A stretch of 64,000 bases of DNA, taken from the NCBI GenBank assembly GCA_963662655.2, contig CAXXTU010000002.1, positions 1,248,001-1,312,000 on the forward strand. The letters run 5' to 3'. The translations under genes were made by a program, and so were the position numbers. The notes under the pieces were generated by a model. That model did no database searches. It had not been told where the DNA came from and saw only the letters and a list, made by a program, of their open reading frames with translations. Position 1 is the stretch's first letter; each line of letters begins with the position of its first letter. Source of the stretch: Candidatus Cloacimonadales bacterium. Lineage in GTDB: Bacteria > Cloacimonadota > Cloacimonadia > Cloacimonadales > JAIOQZ01. Shown in pieces: positions 28,200 through 42,671 of this stretch.

Positions 28200-30751
28200 C
28201 AATCCAGTACGGAAGCATCCTGCAGTTTGCAAGCGGACAATACCTGCTGGTTGGCCATTCGTCCACACCTTCCTACAAGGGAAAGCTTATCGCCAACGGA
28301 GTAACGTTCACTGGCCAGAACGAAGCCCCCGGGAGTTGGGTTGGCTTGTCGTTCCTGAGCTATGGAAGCAACGAAACGATCTTGAATGGCTGCAAAATTC
28401 AGTACGCCGGGCAGATCAACAATCGCTCAGTATATATTGAACAGTGTGATATAACGGTCACCGGATGCACTATTCTCGACGGCCAGGGCGACGGTATCTA
28501 TGTGTACGATAGCACCGCTCCATCGATCACCGGCAACCAGATTGAAAATTGCAGCGAGTACCCCATTTCGATGTTCGTAAACGATATTCGCCACCTTGGG
28601 AGCAACAACGATTTTACCGGCAATGGATTCGAAGTAATCGAGTGCCGCAGTGGAACCCTCACCAGTTCTGGAACATGGCAGGATTGCGGCGTTCCTTACT
28701 ATCTTACCGGCAATCTGACCATCAGCGGAACCGCCTCTCCCTACCTGCAAATCCAGCCCGGGTGCGAGATCCGACTTGCCGCATCCAGCATGATCAGCGT
28801 CGGCAGCAGTTCAAACTCGAGCTACACAGGCTCGCTGTGCGCAGAAGAAGTCCTGTTCACAAACGCGGCTCCCGAGCAGAGGATAAACGGCATCCTTTTC
28901 AACAACTATGCAGTCGATGAACGTTGCGTGCTGAACCATTGCACGATCGAGCACGCTGGAGGAAGCAATCAGGCTGCGGTGATAATCAATACGTCTGCGC
29001 CTACGATAACGAACTGTACGATACGTAACAACGACCAGTACGGCATTCGCGTAAATGAAGCCGCGCGTCCCGTTATTCGCGATTGCCTTATCGAAAACAA
29101 TGCGAGCTACCCGATTACGATGGATGCCCTGAACCTGCATTGCCTGGCCGAAGGAAACCAGTTTGTCGACAACAATCCCAACCGCATCCTGGCTGGGGGC
29201 GGCACACTCACAAGCAGCGTTACCTGGATCAATCAGGGAATTCCCTTCGAGATTACGGGAACGATCACGGTTTCCGCATCGAGCGCCTACCCTGTTCTGA
29301 CCATTTCCAACGGCTGCACCCTGCTTTTCTCCGCGAACACGGCCATCGTTTCCGGAAGCAGCACGAATAGTTCATACCGTGGAGGGCTTGTCGCGAATGG
29401 CGCTTCCTTCAAAGGCCTGGAACCCACGCCAGGATACTGGCAGGGGATTACCTTCAATCGCTATGCCTTGGACGACAGTTGCATTCTGAACGGCTGCGTC
29501 GTTCAGCACGGGGGATCGTCGCAGGCGAACGTATCATTCATCGACACCCCGGGCTTGGTGCAGCGCTGCCTGATTGCCAATTCCGCAAACCACGGAATCC
29601 GTACCTATGGAGCAAACGCAGACCCAATCCTTTCGGGCAATTTCATTATCATGAATCAGGCAGGCGTTCTGTGCGAATCGAGTGCCGATCCGCTCATTGG
29701 CGGCGCACCGGGAAACGCCAACGCGATCTTTGGAAACACGAGCTATGGCGTGAACAACACCAGCACGAATGTAACCGTCGATGCAACCTACAATTGGTGG
29801 GGCTCCGCAGATGGCCCGTCAATATCCAGAACAGGAGATTTGGTTTCAGACCATGTATCGTACGATCCATGGATGACGACAACGCTCAGCGAATCGCCCA
29901 GCATTTTCAACCTGGTGTCACCCGAAAACGATACCACATGCGGCCGGCTTGACATCCTCTTCAATTGGGAAATGGCAACGGATCCAACCCCTGGCGATTC
30001 CGTTCTGTATAGGCTGGAGATCAGGGACACACCGGAGATCGGGCGCACGGTTGTCACTGTCGATAGTATAGCCGCCAGCACGTACCGCGTATCGGGCGAG
30101 CTTCTTCTCGACGACAGCAACTACTGGTGGCGCGTTATCGCCTTCGACACGCAGGGGCACGAGACCTATTCCAGCCAGCAAGACTGGGCCTTCACAACGT
30201 TCGTTCCCGATCCGCCCGACGACTTTTCCCTTGTGTCTCCCGCCAATTACGAAACCATTCATCTGACGTCAATCATGTTCGAGTGGCAGGCTGCCACCGA
30301 TCCCGACCCGGGAGATTACCTTGAATACACCGTATATCTGGATTCGACAGCTGCATTCCTCTCGCCCGATTCGATAGCGGTCACGGAGACCAAGGTTTAT
30401 TCCCCATTCCTGCGGCCAGGAAGCCTCTACTACTGGAAGGTTATCGCCACCGACAGCTACGGGGAATCGACGTCGAGCCCGATGCAGCGCTTCTACGTGG
30501 ATGATAACGCGAAACCGCGCACCCCGATCGAGCTATCGATTACCGTGGCGGGGGACAATCTGGAAATATCCTGGGAGGAAATCCCCGGCGCAGACCAGTA
30601 CCATATCTTCAAGTCGGATGCCCCATTCTCCGGATTCTCCCAGATAGCCACATCGAGCGTAAGTCAGTTCACGGATACCGATGTCGATCTAACGCAGAAA
30701 TACTTCTATTACATCGTCGTGGAGGATATCGAGAACCGGTGGACGCGATAA
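28139..30751 (+). CDS. C-terminal part of the same gene: beta-helix repeats and FN3-like domains (whole gene 26928-30751, ~1,274 aa if repaired)
   Basis: GIPFKVDG continues the repeat; NCTI.NN..YGI rungs, NWWG, ATDPDPGD and Y.W.V.A.D motifs. Confidence 0.82.
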   Translation, partial: GIPFKVDGNIFIRGTQIPSVTIQYGSILQFASGQYLLVGHSSTPSYKGKLIANGVTFTGQNEAPGSWVGLSFLSYGSNETILNGCKIQYAGQINNRSVYIEQCDITVTGCTILDGQGDGIYVYDSTAPSITGNQIENCSEYPISMFVNDIRHLGSNNDFTGNGFEVIECRSGTLTSSGTWQDCGVPYYLTGNLTISGTASPYLQIQPGCEIRLAASSMISVGSSSNSSYTGSLCAEEVLFTNAAPEQRINGILFNNYAVDERCVLNHCTIEHAGGSNQAAVIINTSAPTITNCTIRNNDQYGIRVNEAARPVIRDCLIENNASYPITMDALNLHCLAEGNQFVDNNPNRILAGGGTLTSSVTWINQGIPFEITGTITVSASSAYPVLTISNGCTLLFSANTAIVSGSSTNSSYRGGLVANGASFKGLEPTPGYWQGITFNRYALDDSCILNGCVVQHGGSSQANVSFIDTPGLVQRCLIANSANHGIRTYGANADPILSGNFIIMNQAGVLCESSADPLIGGAPGNANAIFGNTSYGVNNTSTNVTVDATYNWWGSADGPSISRTGDLVSDHVSYDPWMTTTLSESPSIFNLVSPENDTTCGRLDILFNWEMATDPTPGDSVLYRLEIRDTPEIGRTVVTVDSIAASTYRVSGELLLDDSNYWWRVIAFDTQGHETYSSQQDWAFTTFVPDPPDDFSLVSPANYETIHLTSIMFEWQAATDPDPGDYLEYTVYLDSTAAFLSPDSIAVTETKVYSPFLRPGSLYYWKVIATDSYGESTSSPMQRFYVDDNAKPRTPIELSITVAGDNLEISWEEIPGADQYHIFKSDAPFSGFSQIATSSVSQFTDTDVDLTQKYFYYIVVEDIENRWTR

Positions 30752-30770
30752 ATTGGTAAAATAGTTGAAG

Positions 30771-30879
30771 TCCCGCGGTCAGATTGGTTCGAGCAATCCG
30801 ATGGCGTATTCATTCACAGCCGGAGTGTCTCGGAGGCTGTGGTGTTATACGCCGAGGATCGGGCCAATGTGACCCGGGA
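30771..30879 (+). repeat. Rod-shaped hairpin repeat, divergent copy C
   Basis: Nested stems tcccg/cggga, ggtca/tgacc, attggttcg/cgggccaat, ggcgtat/atacgcc and cacagcc/ggctgtg. Shares ggcgtat, atacgcc, gatcgggc and loop tgtctcgg with copy B. Confidence 0.78.
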
Positions 30880-30899
30880 TACCATATCAGATGCTTTTC

Positions 30900-31604
30900 C
30901 TACAGCAGCTTCTCCCCCAGCATGCCCACCAGGTAGCCAATACTCGCTCCGGATGCGGGCAACCATGCACCGCGCAGCCGCGCCAGTGGGGCAATGTCGT
31001 TGAAGATCAGGTACAAGATTCCCCCTGCGGCAAACAGCATGATTCCCGCAATCGTGTTCGGCATGTTCGAAAGAAGAAAATACCCCGCCAACGCTGCAAA
31101 CACTCCGGTAAAGCTGAGCACGAGCATAATCGAGAGTGTCTTCTTCGGTTTCCAGATTTTCCTCAGCTCTCCGTATGTGTTGAATCCCTCCGGCAGGTTC
31201 TGCAAACCGATGAACAGCGCGAGCAGGAGCCCGAACGAGTGGTCGTGGGCAAACGAAGCGCCCAGCGCGAGGGCTTCCGGTATGTAATCCATCATCATGC
31301 CCATCAACTGAGCCATGGAGCCTTTCATCCTGCTGAGCATCCAGTCGAACGCCATGAACGAGAACGTTCCGCCAACCATCAGGACGATCAAGCACGGGAC
31401 ATTCAGTAGTTCCAGTGCTTTGGGAACCAAAGCGAACGAGATCGCGCCAAGCAACACGCCGCCGCCGAAAGCAATCGTCCAATGGAGGATTTCAGCACGC
31501 AAATGACGATCCCGCAACCGGAAGAAGTATGCGGTTGTACCACCGATAATCACGGTTATCCCCGAAAAGAAGGCGTAGATAGCAATCAACCAAACATCAT
31601 GCAT
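30900..31604 (-). CDS. ZIP-family (GufA/ZupT-like) divalent cation transporter
   Basis: AFGGGVLL, DYIPEALALG, QNLPEGFN, FAAGGILYL..DIAP. Confidence 0.85.
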   Translation of the reverse strand: MHDVWLIAIYAFFSGITVIIGGTTAYFFRLRDRHLRAEILHWTIAFGGGVLLGAISFALVPKALELLNVPCLIVLMVGGTFSFMAFDWMLSRMKGSMAQLMGMMMDYIPEALALGASFAHDHSFGLLLALFIGLQNLPEGFNTYGELRKIWKPKKTLSIMLVLSFTGVFAALAGYFLLSNMPNTIAGIMLFAAGGILYLIFNDIAPLARLRGAWLPASGASIGYLVGMLGEKLL

Positions 31605-31616
31605 AGTATCCTCACA

Positions 31617-31885
31617 TTATTGTTTTAGCAATTGAGCGATCTTCTCATGTCTGTGTGCTCTATTCCCTGCTGTTTCTTGGACGTAAAACCTTCCTGAACC
31701 TTCTGTACAAAGTAACCTTGATTTCATTTTGTTTGAACGCCTTTCTTCTCCTAACAGATTTCTTTGGCTTTCTCAAGCTGGCCTGAGAAGAGGTAGGCGT
31801 GCATCATGTTGACGTAAAGCCACACGGCGTCCGGCTCGATCATGCCGTACCTGCGTACAACGGTTATCAGCGTTCGGAATCTCAT
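31617..31885 (-). pseudogene. Degraded fragment resembling a TPR-associated C-terminal module
   Basis: Reads ...WLYVNMMHAYLFSGQLEKAKEIC*...K*...GIEHTDM, then IAQLLKQ* in another frame: two in-frame stops and a shift. Confidence 0.45.
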
Positions 31886-31966
31886 TCATTCCCCTTCGTT
31901 AAAAGATAAATGTAGCTTGATTCAATCCGGCATCTCTGTAAAGGTATTTATAACGAAGGATACAAC

Positions 31967-32000
31967 AAAGCCCCGGGAGAAGCTTTCTCACGGGGCTTTT
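31967..32000 (-). terminator. Terminator downstream of the rrn operon
   Basis: AAAGCCCCG-ggagaagctttctca-CGGGGCTTT inverted repeat. Confidence 0.7.
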
Positions 32001-32042
32001 AGGTGCGTATAAAGAGGTGGTAAAGAAAAATCAGGGCATAAG

Positions 32043-32158
32043 TGTGGCGGCGACCTACTCTCCCACTTCGTTGCCAAAGCAGTACCATCGGCGCTGGTGA
32101 GCTTAACGACTGTGTTCGGGATGGGAACAGGTGTGACCTCACCGCCAGAACCACCACA
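32043..32158 (-). rRNA. rrf: 5S rRNA
   Basis: Reverse complement contains CACCTGTTCCCATCCCGAACACAG and GGGAGAGTAGGTCGCCGCC; terminal stem. Ends approximate. Confidence 0.95.
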
Positions 32159-32233
32159 CTAATGCCCTGATGATTATAATTTTAGTGGAATGAAGCAGAT
32201 TGATCGAGACTTCCGTTTGAAGGAAAAAGAAAA

Positions 32234-35134
<2,901 letters not shown>

Positions 35135-35267
35135 AAAATTCATCACTTATGAATACTGCCTTTAAAAGCATTCATAAATGTAGAAAAGTATCCTTTCTTT
35201 ACTTCAATTCTTCAGTACTCTTTCAAACACTTCATTCCACTCTATATCACTATAATGAACTATATTC

Positions 35268-35343
35268 TGGTGGAGGATAGCGGATTCGAACCGCTGACCT
35301 CCGCCTTGCAAGGGCGGCGCTCTCCCAACTAAGCTAATCCCCC
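35268..35343 (-). tRNA. tRNA-Ala (TGC)
   Basis: 76-nt cloverleaf in the rrn spacer, anticodon TGC, CCA end. Confidence 0.97.
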
Positions 35344-35349
35344 AATAAT

Positions 35350-35427
<78 letters not shown>

Positions 35428-35508
35428 CACCTGAAACTTTATATAGAAGTGAAGTGTAGAAGAACTGCTCGAAAAAAGGTTCGAGTTCAGCATCGTATTT
35501 TCTCCCTT

Positions 35509-37059
<1,551 letters not shown>

Positions 37060-37446
37060 GAAAGTTCTATTTTGACTCGTCACTCTCTCTCGCAAGTTCT
37101 TTACACTTCACTCTATTTTTTCTCGTTTTCAATGATCTCGCTTCCCCCAACACTTCTGCGCTGAAGGTTCGGTCACTTTCCACATAGAGAGTTTTTGTGT
37201 CAAGAGATTTTCGCGCATTTTATTTCATTTTTTTCGTTCCTGCCCGATCACTCGTGACACCAATACCATCAAAAACATTACACAGTATGCACATAGAATT
37301 AACGCTTGCAATCGCACTTTTTTTTGAATATCCAATCACCTTTTAAGAGGGATGCAGCGAAACGCTGTTTCCAGGCAAATTGAACAGCCGTTCAAACGTG
37401 GCCAAGCGACAATGTATCGAACCACAAAACCAGGCTTCCGAATGTG

Positions 37447-37489
37447 AAAAAAGTGTCCGCCAGAGCATCGAGCATCCGGTAGACACTTT
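37447..37489 (-). terminator. Terminator after serS
   Basis: AAAGTGTCTACC...GGCGGACACTTT stem followed by a T-run on the minus strand. Confidence 0.65.
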
Positions 37490-37516
37490 ATCCAATTTAT
37501 CAATAATATCGTGGAA

Positions 37517-38782
37517 TCAGAACTCGATTCGCTCCCGATTCTGCAGGTAGGGTCTCAAGCACGGAGGAACGGTAATGCCTCCATCCTCGTTCTGCCATGT
37601 CTCCACCAGCGCAACGAAAATGCGTGGCGTTGCCAGCCCGGATCCGTTGAGCGTGTGAACGTAATCCACCTTGCCGTCTTCATTCTTACGATAGCGTATT
37701 GAAGCACGGCGAGCCTGGAAATCGGTGAAGTTGCTCACCGAAGACACCTCGAGGTACCTTTCGCAGCCGGGCGCCCACACCTCGATATCGTATGTTATCG
37801 ACGATGCGAAGCTGAGATCACCCGTCGCAAGCTTGACCACGCGGTAGTGGAGCCCGAGCTCCTGGACGATCGCTTCCGCCGCGGAGGTGATGTCGTCCAG
37901 CGCTTGCGGTGAATCCTCGGGACGGGTCAACTGGACCAGCTCGACTTTGTTGAACTGGTGCACGCGCTGGAGGCCCTTCGTATCCTTACCGTAGGAACCG
38001 GCTTCCCGCCGGAAGCATGGCGTATAGGCGCAGAACTTGACCGGTAGTTCCTTCTCCGGGAGGATTTCCTCCGAGTAGTAATTGGTAACCGGAACTTCCG
38101 CCGTCGGGATCAGAAAGAAGTCTTCCGCATCGGTGTGATACATGTCCTCTTCGAGCTTGGGGAGCTGCCCGGTTCCCGTCATTGTTTTGCGATTGACGAT
38201 GAAGGGCGGCTTCATTTCCGTGTAGCCGTGCTGGAGGACATGCTTATCGAGGAAGTAGTTGATAAGCGCTCTTTCCAGCAGGGCGGCGGTACCTTTATAT
38301 AAAGGGAAACCGCTTCCGGTGATTTTCGCGCCGCGTTTGAAATCGAGCGATTCGTCGCAGATTTCCATGTGCTCGCGCGGTTCGAAGGTGAATTCCTTCT
38401 TGCATCCCCAGTCGCGGACGAAGGCGTTGTTCTCTTCGCCGCCGGCGGGGACATCCTTTTGCGGGATGTTGGGAACCGTCAGCAGTCGATCATTCAGCTC
38501 ATTCGTAACGTCGCTGAGTTCCGTGTTGAGCTCCTTGATCTGCTCGGCGAGCCTGGAGACTTCTTCCATGACGGATTCAACTTCCAGCCCCTGCTTCTTG
38601 CGATTACCGATCTCTTTCGACTTGGTTTTCTGTTCCGACCGGACCTGATCGAACTGGAATTGAACCGTGCGTTTCTTTTCGTCCAGCTCGAGGATTTTAT
38701 CGATATCAGCTTTCTCATTCTTGAGCCGAACCGCTTCTTTTACCGCCTCGGCGTTCTCTCTTATGAATTTAAGATCGAGCAT
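37517..38782 (-). CDS. serS: Serine--tRNA ligase
   Basis: N-terminal coiled coil, LIPTAEVP, CFRREAGS.GKD..GL.RVHQF.KVE, HTLNGSGLA. Confidence 0.98.
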   Translation of the reverse strand: MLDLKFIRENAEAVKEAVRLKNEKADIDKILELDEKKRTVQFQFDQVRSEQKTKSKEIGNRKKQGLEVESVMEEVSRLAEQIKELNTELSDVTNELNDRLLTVPNIPQKDVPAGGEENNAFVRDWGCKKEFTFEPREHMEICDESLDFKRGAKITGSGFPLYKGTAALLERALINYFLDKHVLQHGYTEMKPPFIVNRKTMTGTGQLPKLEEDMYHTDAEDFFLIPTAEVPVTNYYSEEILPEKELPVKFCAYTPCFRREAGSYGKDTKGLQRVHQFNKVELVQLTRPEDSPQALDDITSAAEAIVQELGLHYRVVKLATGDLSFASSITYDIEVWAPGCERYLEVSSVSNFTDFQARRASIRYRKNEDGKVDYVHTLNGSGLATPRIFVALVETWQNEDGGITVPPCLRPYLQNRERIEF

Positions 38783-38805
38783 TTATTCTCCAACAATGGT
38801 ATTCG

Positions 38806-39588
38806 TTATTCGCTTGTCAGCGCGACAGCCTTGGCAAGCATATCCGTGTATTTGTCGAAATCGAGCGAAGCGCCACCGATGAGCGCGCCATCGATGTCTT
38901 CCTGCCTGAGCAATTCCTCGATGTTACCCGGCGTGACGCTTCCTCCATAGAGAAGCTGCACTTGCGCGGCGATCTCCTCGCCGTAGTTCTTCCTGAACCA
39001 GGCGCGGATGAAGGCATGCGCTTCCTGAGCGATATCGGGGGTAGCAGTCTTGCCGGTTCCGATGGCCCAGATGGGCTCGTACGCGACGACGATATCGCCG
39101 TTCGCGAATGAGATGTCCTTGAAGCCGCCAGTGAGCTGCTTTTCGAGAACTTCCTCGGTCAGGCGATCCCGTCTTTGCTCTTCGGTCTCGCCGATGCAAA
39201 CGATCGGTACGATCTCGTTTTTCTGAAGCGCGAGGATCTTGTTGTTCACGATCTCCTCGGTTTCCTGATGGTACTTCCGTCGTTCGGAGTGCCCGACGAT
39301 GCAGTATGCAACATCGAGTGTCTTCAACATTGGTGCGGAGATTTCTCCCGTGTAAGCGCCACTGTCGTGCTCGCTCACATCCTGAGCTCCCACGAAGAAC
39401 GAACGGTCTTCCGCGAAATCGGTTGCCATTTCCAGATAAATTGCCGGCGGGCAAACGACGGGGATGATCTTCTGCATGTCCTCATCGTTCTCGAAAACGT
39501 ATTCGGCAAGCCCCTCCATATAATCGTCGGTTTCCTCGAAGGTTTTATTCATCTTCCAGTTACCGGCTATAACGTATTTACGCATCAT
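38806..39588 (-). CDS. tpiA: Triosephosphate isomerase
   Basis: AGNWKMN, GHSERR, AYEPIWAIGTG, YGGSV, LIGGASL. Confidence 0.98.
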   Translation of the reverse strand: MMRKYVIAGNWKMNKTFEETDDYMEGLAEYVFENDEDMQKIIPVVCPPAIYLEMATDFAEDRSFFVGAQDVSEHDSGAYTGEISAPMLKTLDVAYCIVGHSERRKYHQETEEIVNNKILALQKNEIVPIVCIGETEEQRRDRLTEEVLEKQLTGGFKDISFANGDIVVAYEPIWAIGTGKTATPDIAQEAHAFIRAWFRKNYGEEIAAQVQLLYGGSVTPGNIEELLRQEDIDGALIGGASLDFDKYTDMLAKAVALTSE

Positions 39589-39641
39589 TCTCCTCCTGTA
39601 CTTTCCATCGTTGGCAAGATTGTTCCGAATCCTGCGAACGC

Positions 39642-40322
39642 CTAATTATACCACAGATGGATCGTGGCCTGCCTGTTCAGGTCGCGTATCTCCGCGGTTA
39701 TATAATATGAACCCGGATTAGCCGGAGCTTGAACCTGGGTGGTAGCCTGACCAAGTGAGTCAGTCTGAACCGAAGCGTCAATCAGTGTGAGATTCGATTC
39801 GAAATCGATCCACTGCTCGCCGATGTTTTCCGTTTCGCTCGTGAGTTGAACATAGATATCGGTGAGTGTCGTTCCGTCCGCAAGAATGGAGTCTTGCGAA
39901 GCCGTGATCTCGATCTCGGGGATATCCATCACCATGAAATGAATGGTTTCGTGAACACTCTGATACGTTTCCATCGTGAACGTGACCGGCACATCGCCGG
40001 AAGCGGAATCCTTCACGGAGAACGTACCCCTCGCGATTCCAAGAGAATCGGTACGAATGAAGTATGCGCTTCCCGAGTAGCTGATATCCGGGTTGAACGT
40101 TCCGAGGGTGGTGTCATATTCAATATTGATTCGTCTATCGATTGTTGAAGATTTATCACCATCCAGATCAATCTCGATATTTGAATAATTGAGACTGCTG
40201 TTCTCGTTATAAAGGACAGTCGGTGTTGCTAATATGTTCATTTCAGGAGCATCCGTACTTCTGTTGTCACAAGCAGCAAGCACAATCATCAAGACAACCA
40301 GGCATAACATCAGATTCTTCAT
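39642..40322 (-). CDS. Lipoprotein with invasin/Big_1-like Ig domains
   Basis: Lipobox LAA-C; SILADG and TDSLG.A motifs (the latter twice). Confidence 0.65.
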   Translation of the reverse strand: MKNLMLCLVVLMIVLAACDNRSTDAPEMNILATPTVLYNENSSLNYSNIEIDLDGDKSSTIDRRINIEYDTTLGTFNPDISYSGSAYFIRTDSLGIARGTFSVKDSASGDVPVTFTMETYQSVHETIHFMVMDIPEIEITASQDSILADGTTLTDIYVQLTSETENIGEQWIDFESNLTLIDASVQTDSLGQATTQVQAPANPGSYYITAEIRDLNRQATIHLWYN

Positions 40323-40366
40323 AACATCTCCTAATCAGGTTGGCAAACCGGAACAAGTTTCGTTTT

Positions 40367-41350
40367 TTACAGCTCCGATTCGATACTTTTGATAAATCCC
40401 TTGGCGCTTTCGCCATATTTCGCATTACTTTCGATCTTTTTAAACTCGGCAAGCGCTCCGTTCTTGTCCCCATCGTTATAGAGGATTTGAGCGTGGTAGT
40501 AAATCGCGTCGGCATCTTTCGAATCTTTATTCAGAAGCAGGTTGATCTTCTCTGTCGCCTTCGCATAATTCTTTGTATCGTAATACATGACCATAAGCTT
40601 GGTCGCGATCTTGGAGTCGAACTTCACACCGAGGCTTTTCTCGTAGGCGTTGATTGCTTCCTGAGGCTTCTTGATCTGTTCGTACAGCGCGCCCATATTC
40701 ATATAGGTTTTATACTTCGAGCTTTCGGATGGGTTCGTCTTCAGGTAATCTTCATATTCCTTGATCGCATTGGGAATCTGGCCCAGTTCGCGGTAGAGAA
40801 CGGCGGTTTTCTGGATGATATTCGCATCCTGTCTGATCTCTTTCGCTTTGTTGTACCAGTTGATGGCTTCCTGCTTGTTGTCCATCTCGGTATAGAGGGA
40901 AGCGATTTCCTTGCGAAGCTTGAAGTCGGCTTTTTTCGCATCGAACTCTTTCAGGTGCGCGATCGCTTTATCGAGCTGTTTGAGCCCTTTTTCGTATATC
41001 TGGGCTACGATGAGAATCTTCTTCTGATCGGAAGGGTCTTTCTTCAGCATATCCTTGTAAATTCCGATGGCTTCGTTGTATTTTTTGTCGAAGTAGTATG
41101 CCTTGAACAGCTTTTCCTGGATTCCAGAGATTTTGTCGCCCAGATTTATCTGCTCGGCAGCTTCGGATTCCTTGTATTTGGCAATGGATTCTTTGTATTT
41201 CGCTTGCGCTTGAGTGTAATTTTTCGCCGTGTAGGCTTCGTCGCCGGCAACTTCGGCTTCGTTGCCCAGTTGCTGCAAGGATTTTCCCTGCCCAAACAAC
41301 ATCATTGTCATCATGACCAGGATCATCATGGTTACGGTTTTCTTCATCAT
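40367..41350 (-). CDS. Exported tetratricopeptide repeat protein
   Basis: GGAGG SD before MMKKT, signal peptide, repeated A..Y...G...AI..Y.K helices. Confidence 0.85.
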   Translation of the reverse strand: MMKKTVTMMILVMMTMMLFGQGKSLQQLGNEAEVAGDEAYTAKNYTQAQAKYKESIAKYKESEAAEQINLGDKISGIQEKLFKAYYFDKKYNEAIGIYKDMLKKDPSDQKKILIVAQIYEKGLKQLDKAIAHLKEFDAKKADFKLRKEIASLYTEMDNKQEAINWYNKAKEIRQDANIIQKTAVLYRELGQIPNAIKEYEDYLKTNPSESSKYKTYMNMGALYEQIKKPQEAINAYEKSLGVKFDSKIATKLMVMYYDTKNYAKATEKINLLLNKDSKDADAIYYHAQILYNDGDKNGALAEFKKIESNAKYGESAKGFIKSIESEL

Positions 41351-41555
41351 ATTATCTACCTCCAGTATTATTATCAATTATGAATGAAATAGTCCAGTTC
41401 ACATTTTGGAATTGCAATCGTTCATGTCAATGATTCTCTTATATGTACACGAGCGGTCGCAACCGACAGCGTTAGTTGCCCGAATTGTTCCAATTGTTAA
41501 GGGAAATATTAATGACTTTGCTTTTCGCAGTTTTTCTCAGTAGCCTGCAATGCGT

Positions 41556-42539
41556 CTATTCTGCCGGGACGTACACAACGACCTGGTTCATGCCCTGCGT
41601 CTTTCCCTGGACGAGCGCTTGTTCCGCTTCAGCGATACAAGTCCTGCTTCCTTTCTTCGGATCGTAAGCCGCTATGCCGAATGTCAATGTAACCGAGAGG
41701 TTGTTGTGCCTGTGCTGGTATGTGTTCGATTCAATTTTCCCACGAATTTTCTCGGCGATGACGCTTGCGCCCTGGGGATTTGTCTGCGGAAGCAGGAAGA
41801 GGTAACGCGCGTCGCTCCACCTGCCGATGATATCCTGCTTGCGGACGCTTTCGCGGATCATGTCGCCGATGGTTCTCAAAATGTACTCAGCCGTTTGCAT
41901 TCCGTGCTCTATCTTCAAATCCTCGTAGTCGTCGATCTCGCAGAGAATGTAGGTGAAATCCATCTGGCTGCGCTCGAATCTTATCTCTTCGTACTGTATA
42001 CGCTCCAGCATCGCGCGCTGGCTTATCAGCCCGGTAACGGCGTCATGGGGGGAAGCAGCCTCCAGCTTGCTCATGGTCTCATTGAGCCTATGGTTGGTCT
42101 TCTCGATTTCCTTGCGAGCGTTCAGGTGATGCTTGTTGCGGTTGAGCAGCACGCCCACCATCACAACGACCATGGCGATAAACAGCGCCAGTCCTGCGAA
42201 AATCCCAAAACGCATTTGAAGCCTCTTACTCGCTATATCGCTGCTGACTTGCTCATTCCTCAGTCGGTAGAGCTCAAAAATCCGATCGATCACTTTGACC
42301 GCTTTCTGCTGATCGCCAATGCGGTTGTAGCGATCGAAGAGAAGTCGCTGTACCTGGATTTCCTTCTCGATCTCCTCGCTGTCTCTGGCCAGCTCTCTCG
42401 CCTTTGAAAGTTGAAGAATCGCCAATGAGTCGGGCATTTGCCCCGACTTGTCGATCAGGCTATCGATGTCGTCAGTGGCGGTAGCTGCCAGAAAGCAGGC
42501 TAGCGCAAAAAAAAGGATGAGGGTCAGCTTTGTTTTCAT
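41556..42539 (-). CDS. Membrane-anchored degenerate GGDEF-domain protein
   Basis: Signal peptide, short periplasmic helices, TM, coiled coil, DAVTGL, then SDARY in place of GGDEF, with an RKQD I-site. Confidence 0.82.
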   Translation of the reverse strand: MKTKLTLILFFALACFLAATATDDIDSLIDKSGQMPDSLAILQLSKARELARDSEEIEKEIQVQRLLFDRYNRIGDQQKAVKVIDRIFELYRLRNEQVSSDIASKRLQMRFGIFAGLALFIAMVVVMVGVLLNRNKHHLNARKEIEKTNHRLNETMSKLEAASPHDAVTGLISQRAMLERIQYEEIRFERSQMDFTYILCEIDDYEDLKIEHGMQTAEYILRTIGDMIRESVRKQDIIGRWSDARYLFLLPQTNPQGASVIAEKIRGKIESNTYQHRHNNLSVTLTFGIAAYDPKKGSRTCIAEAEQALVQGKTQGMNQVVVYVPAE

Positions 42540-42671
42540 GCGTTCTCCATGAATCATTTTTCAGCGTCCAATATCATGAACACTCCATAATATGGCAAAT
42601 GATTTTTCCGCATCACGCCCATTCATTTCTCCGAAAAACGCTTAAACTGGTCTTTGCTCAGCCATCCCCGC

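Noticed and set aside
31617..31885. Stop-codon readthrough (TAG/TGA recoding) in the small minus-strand ORF
   Set aside because: Two different stops plus a frameshift indicate decay; TAG and TGA act as normal stops elsewhere in the window.
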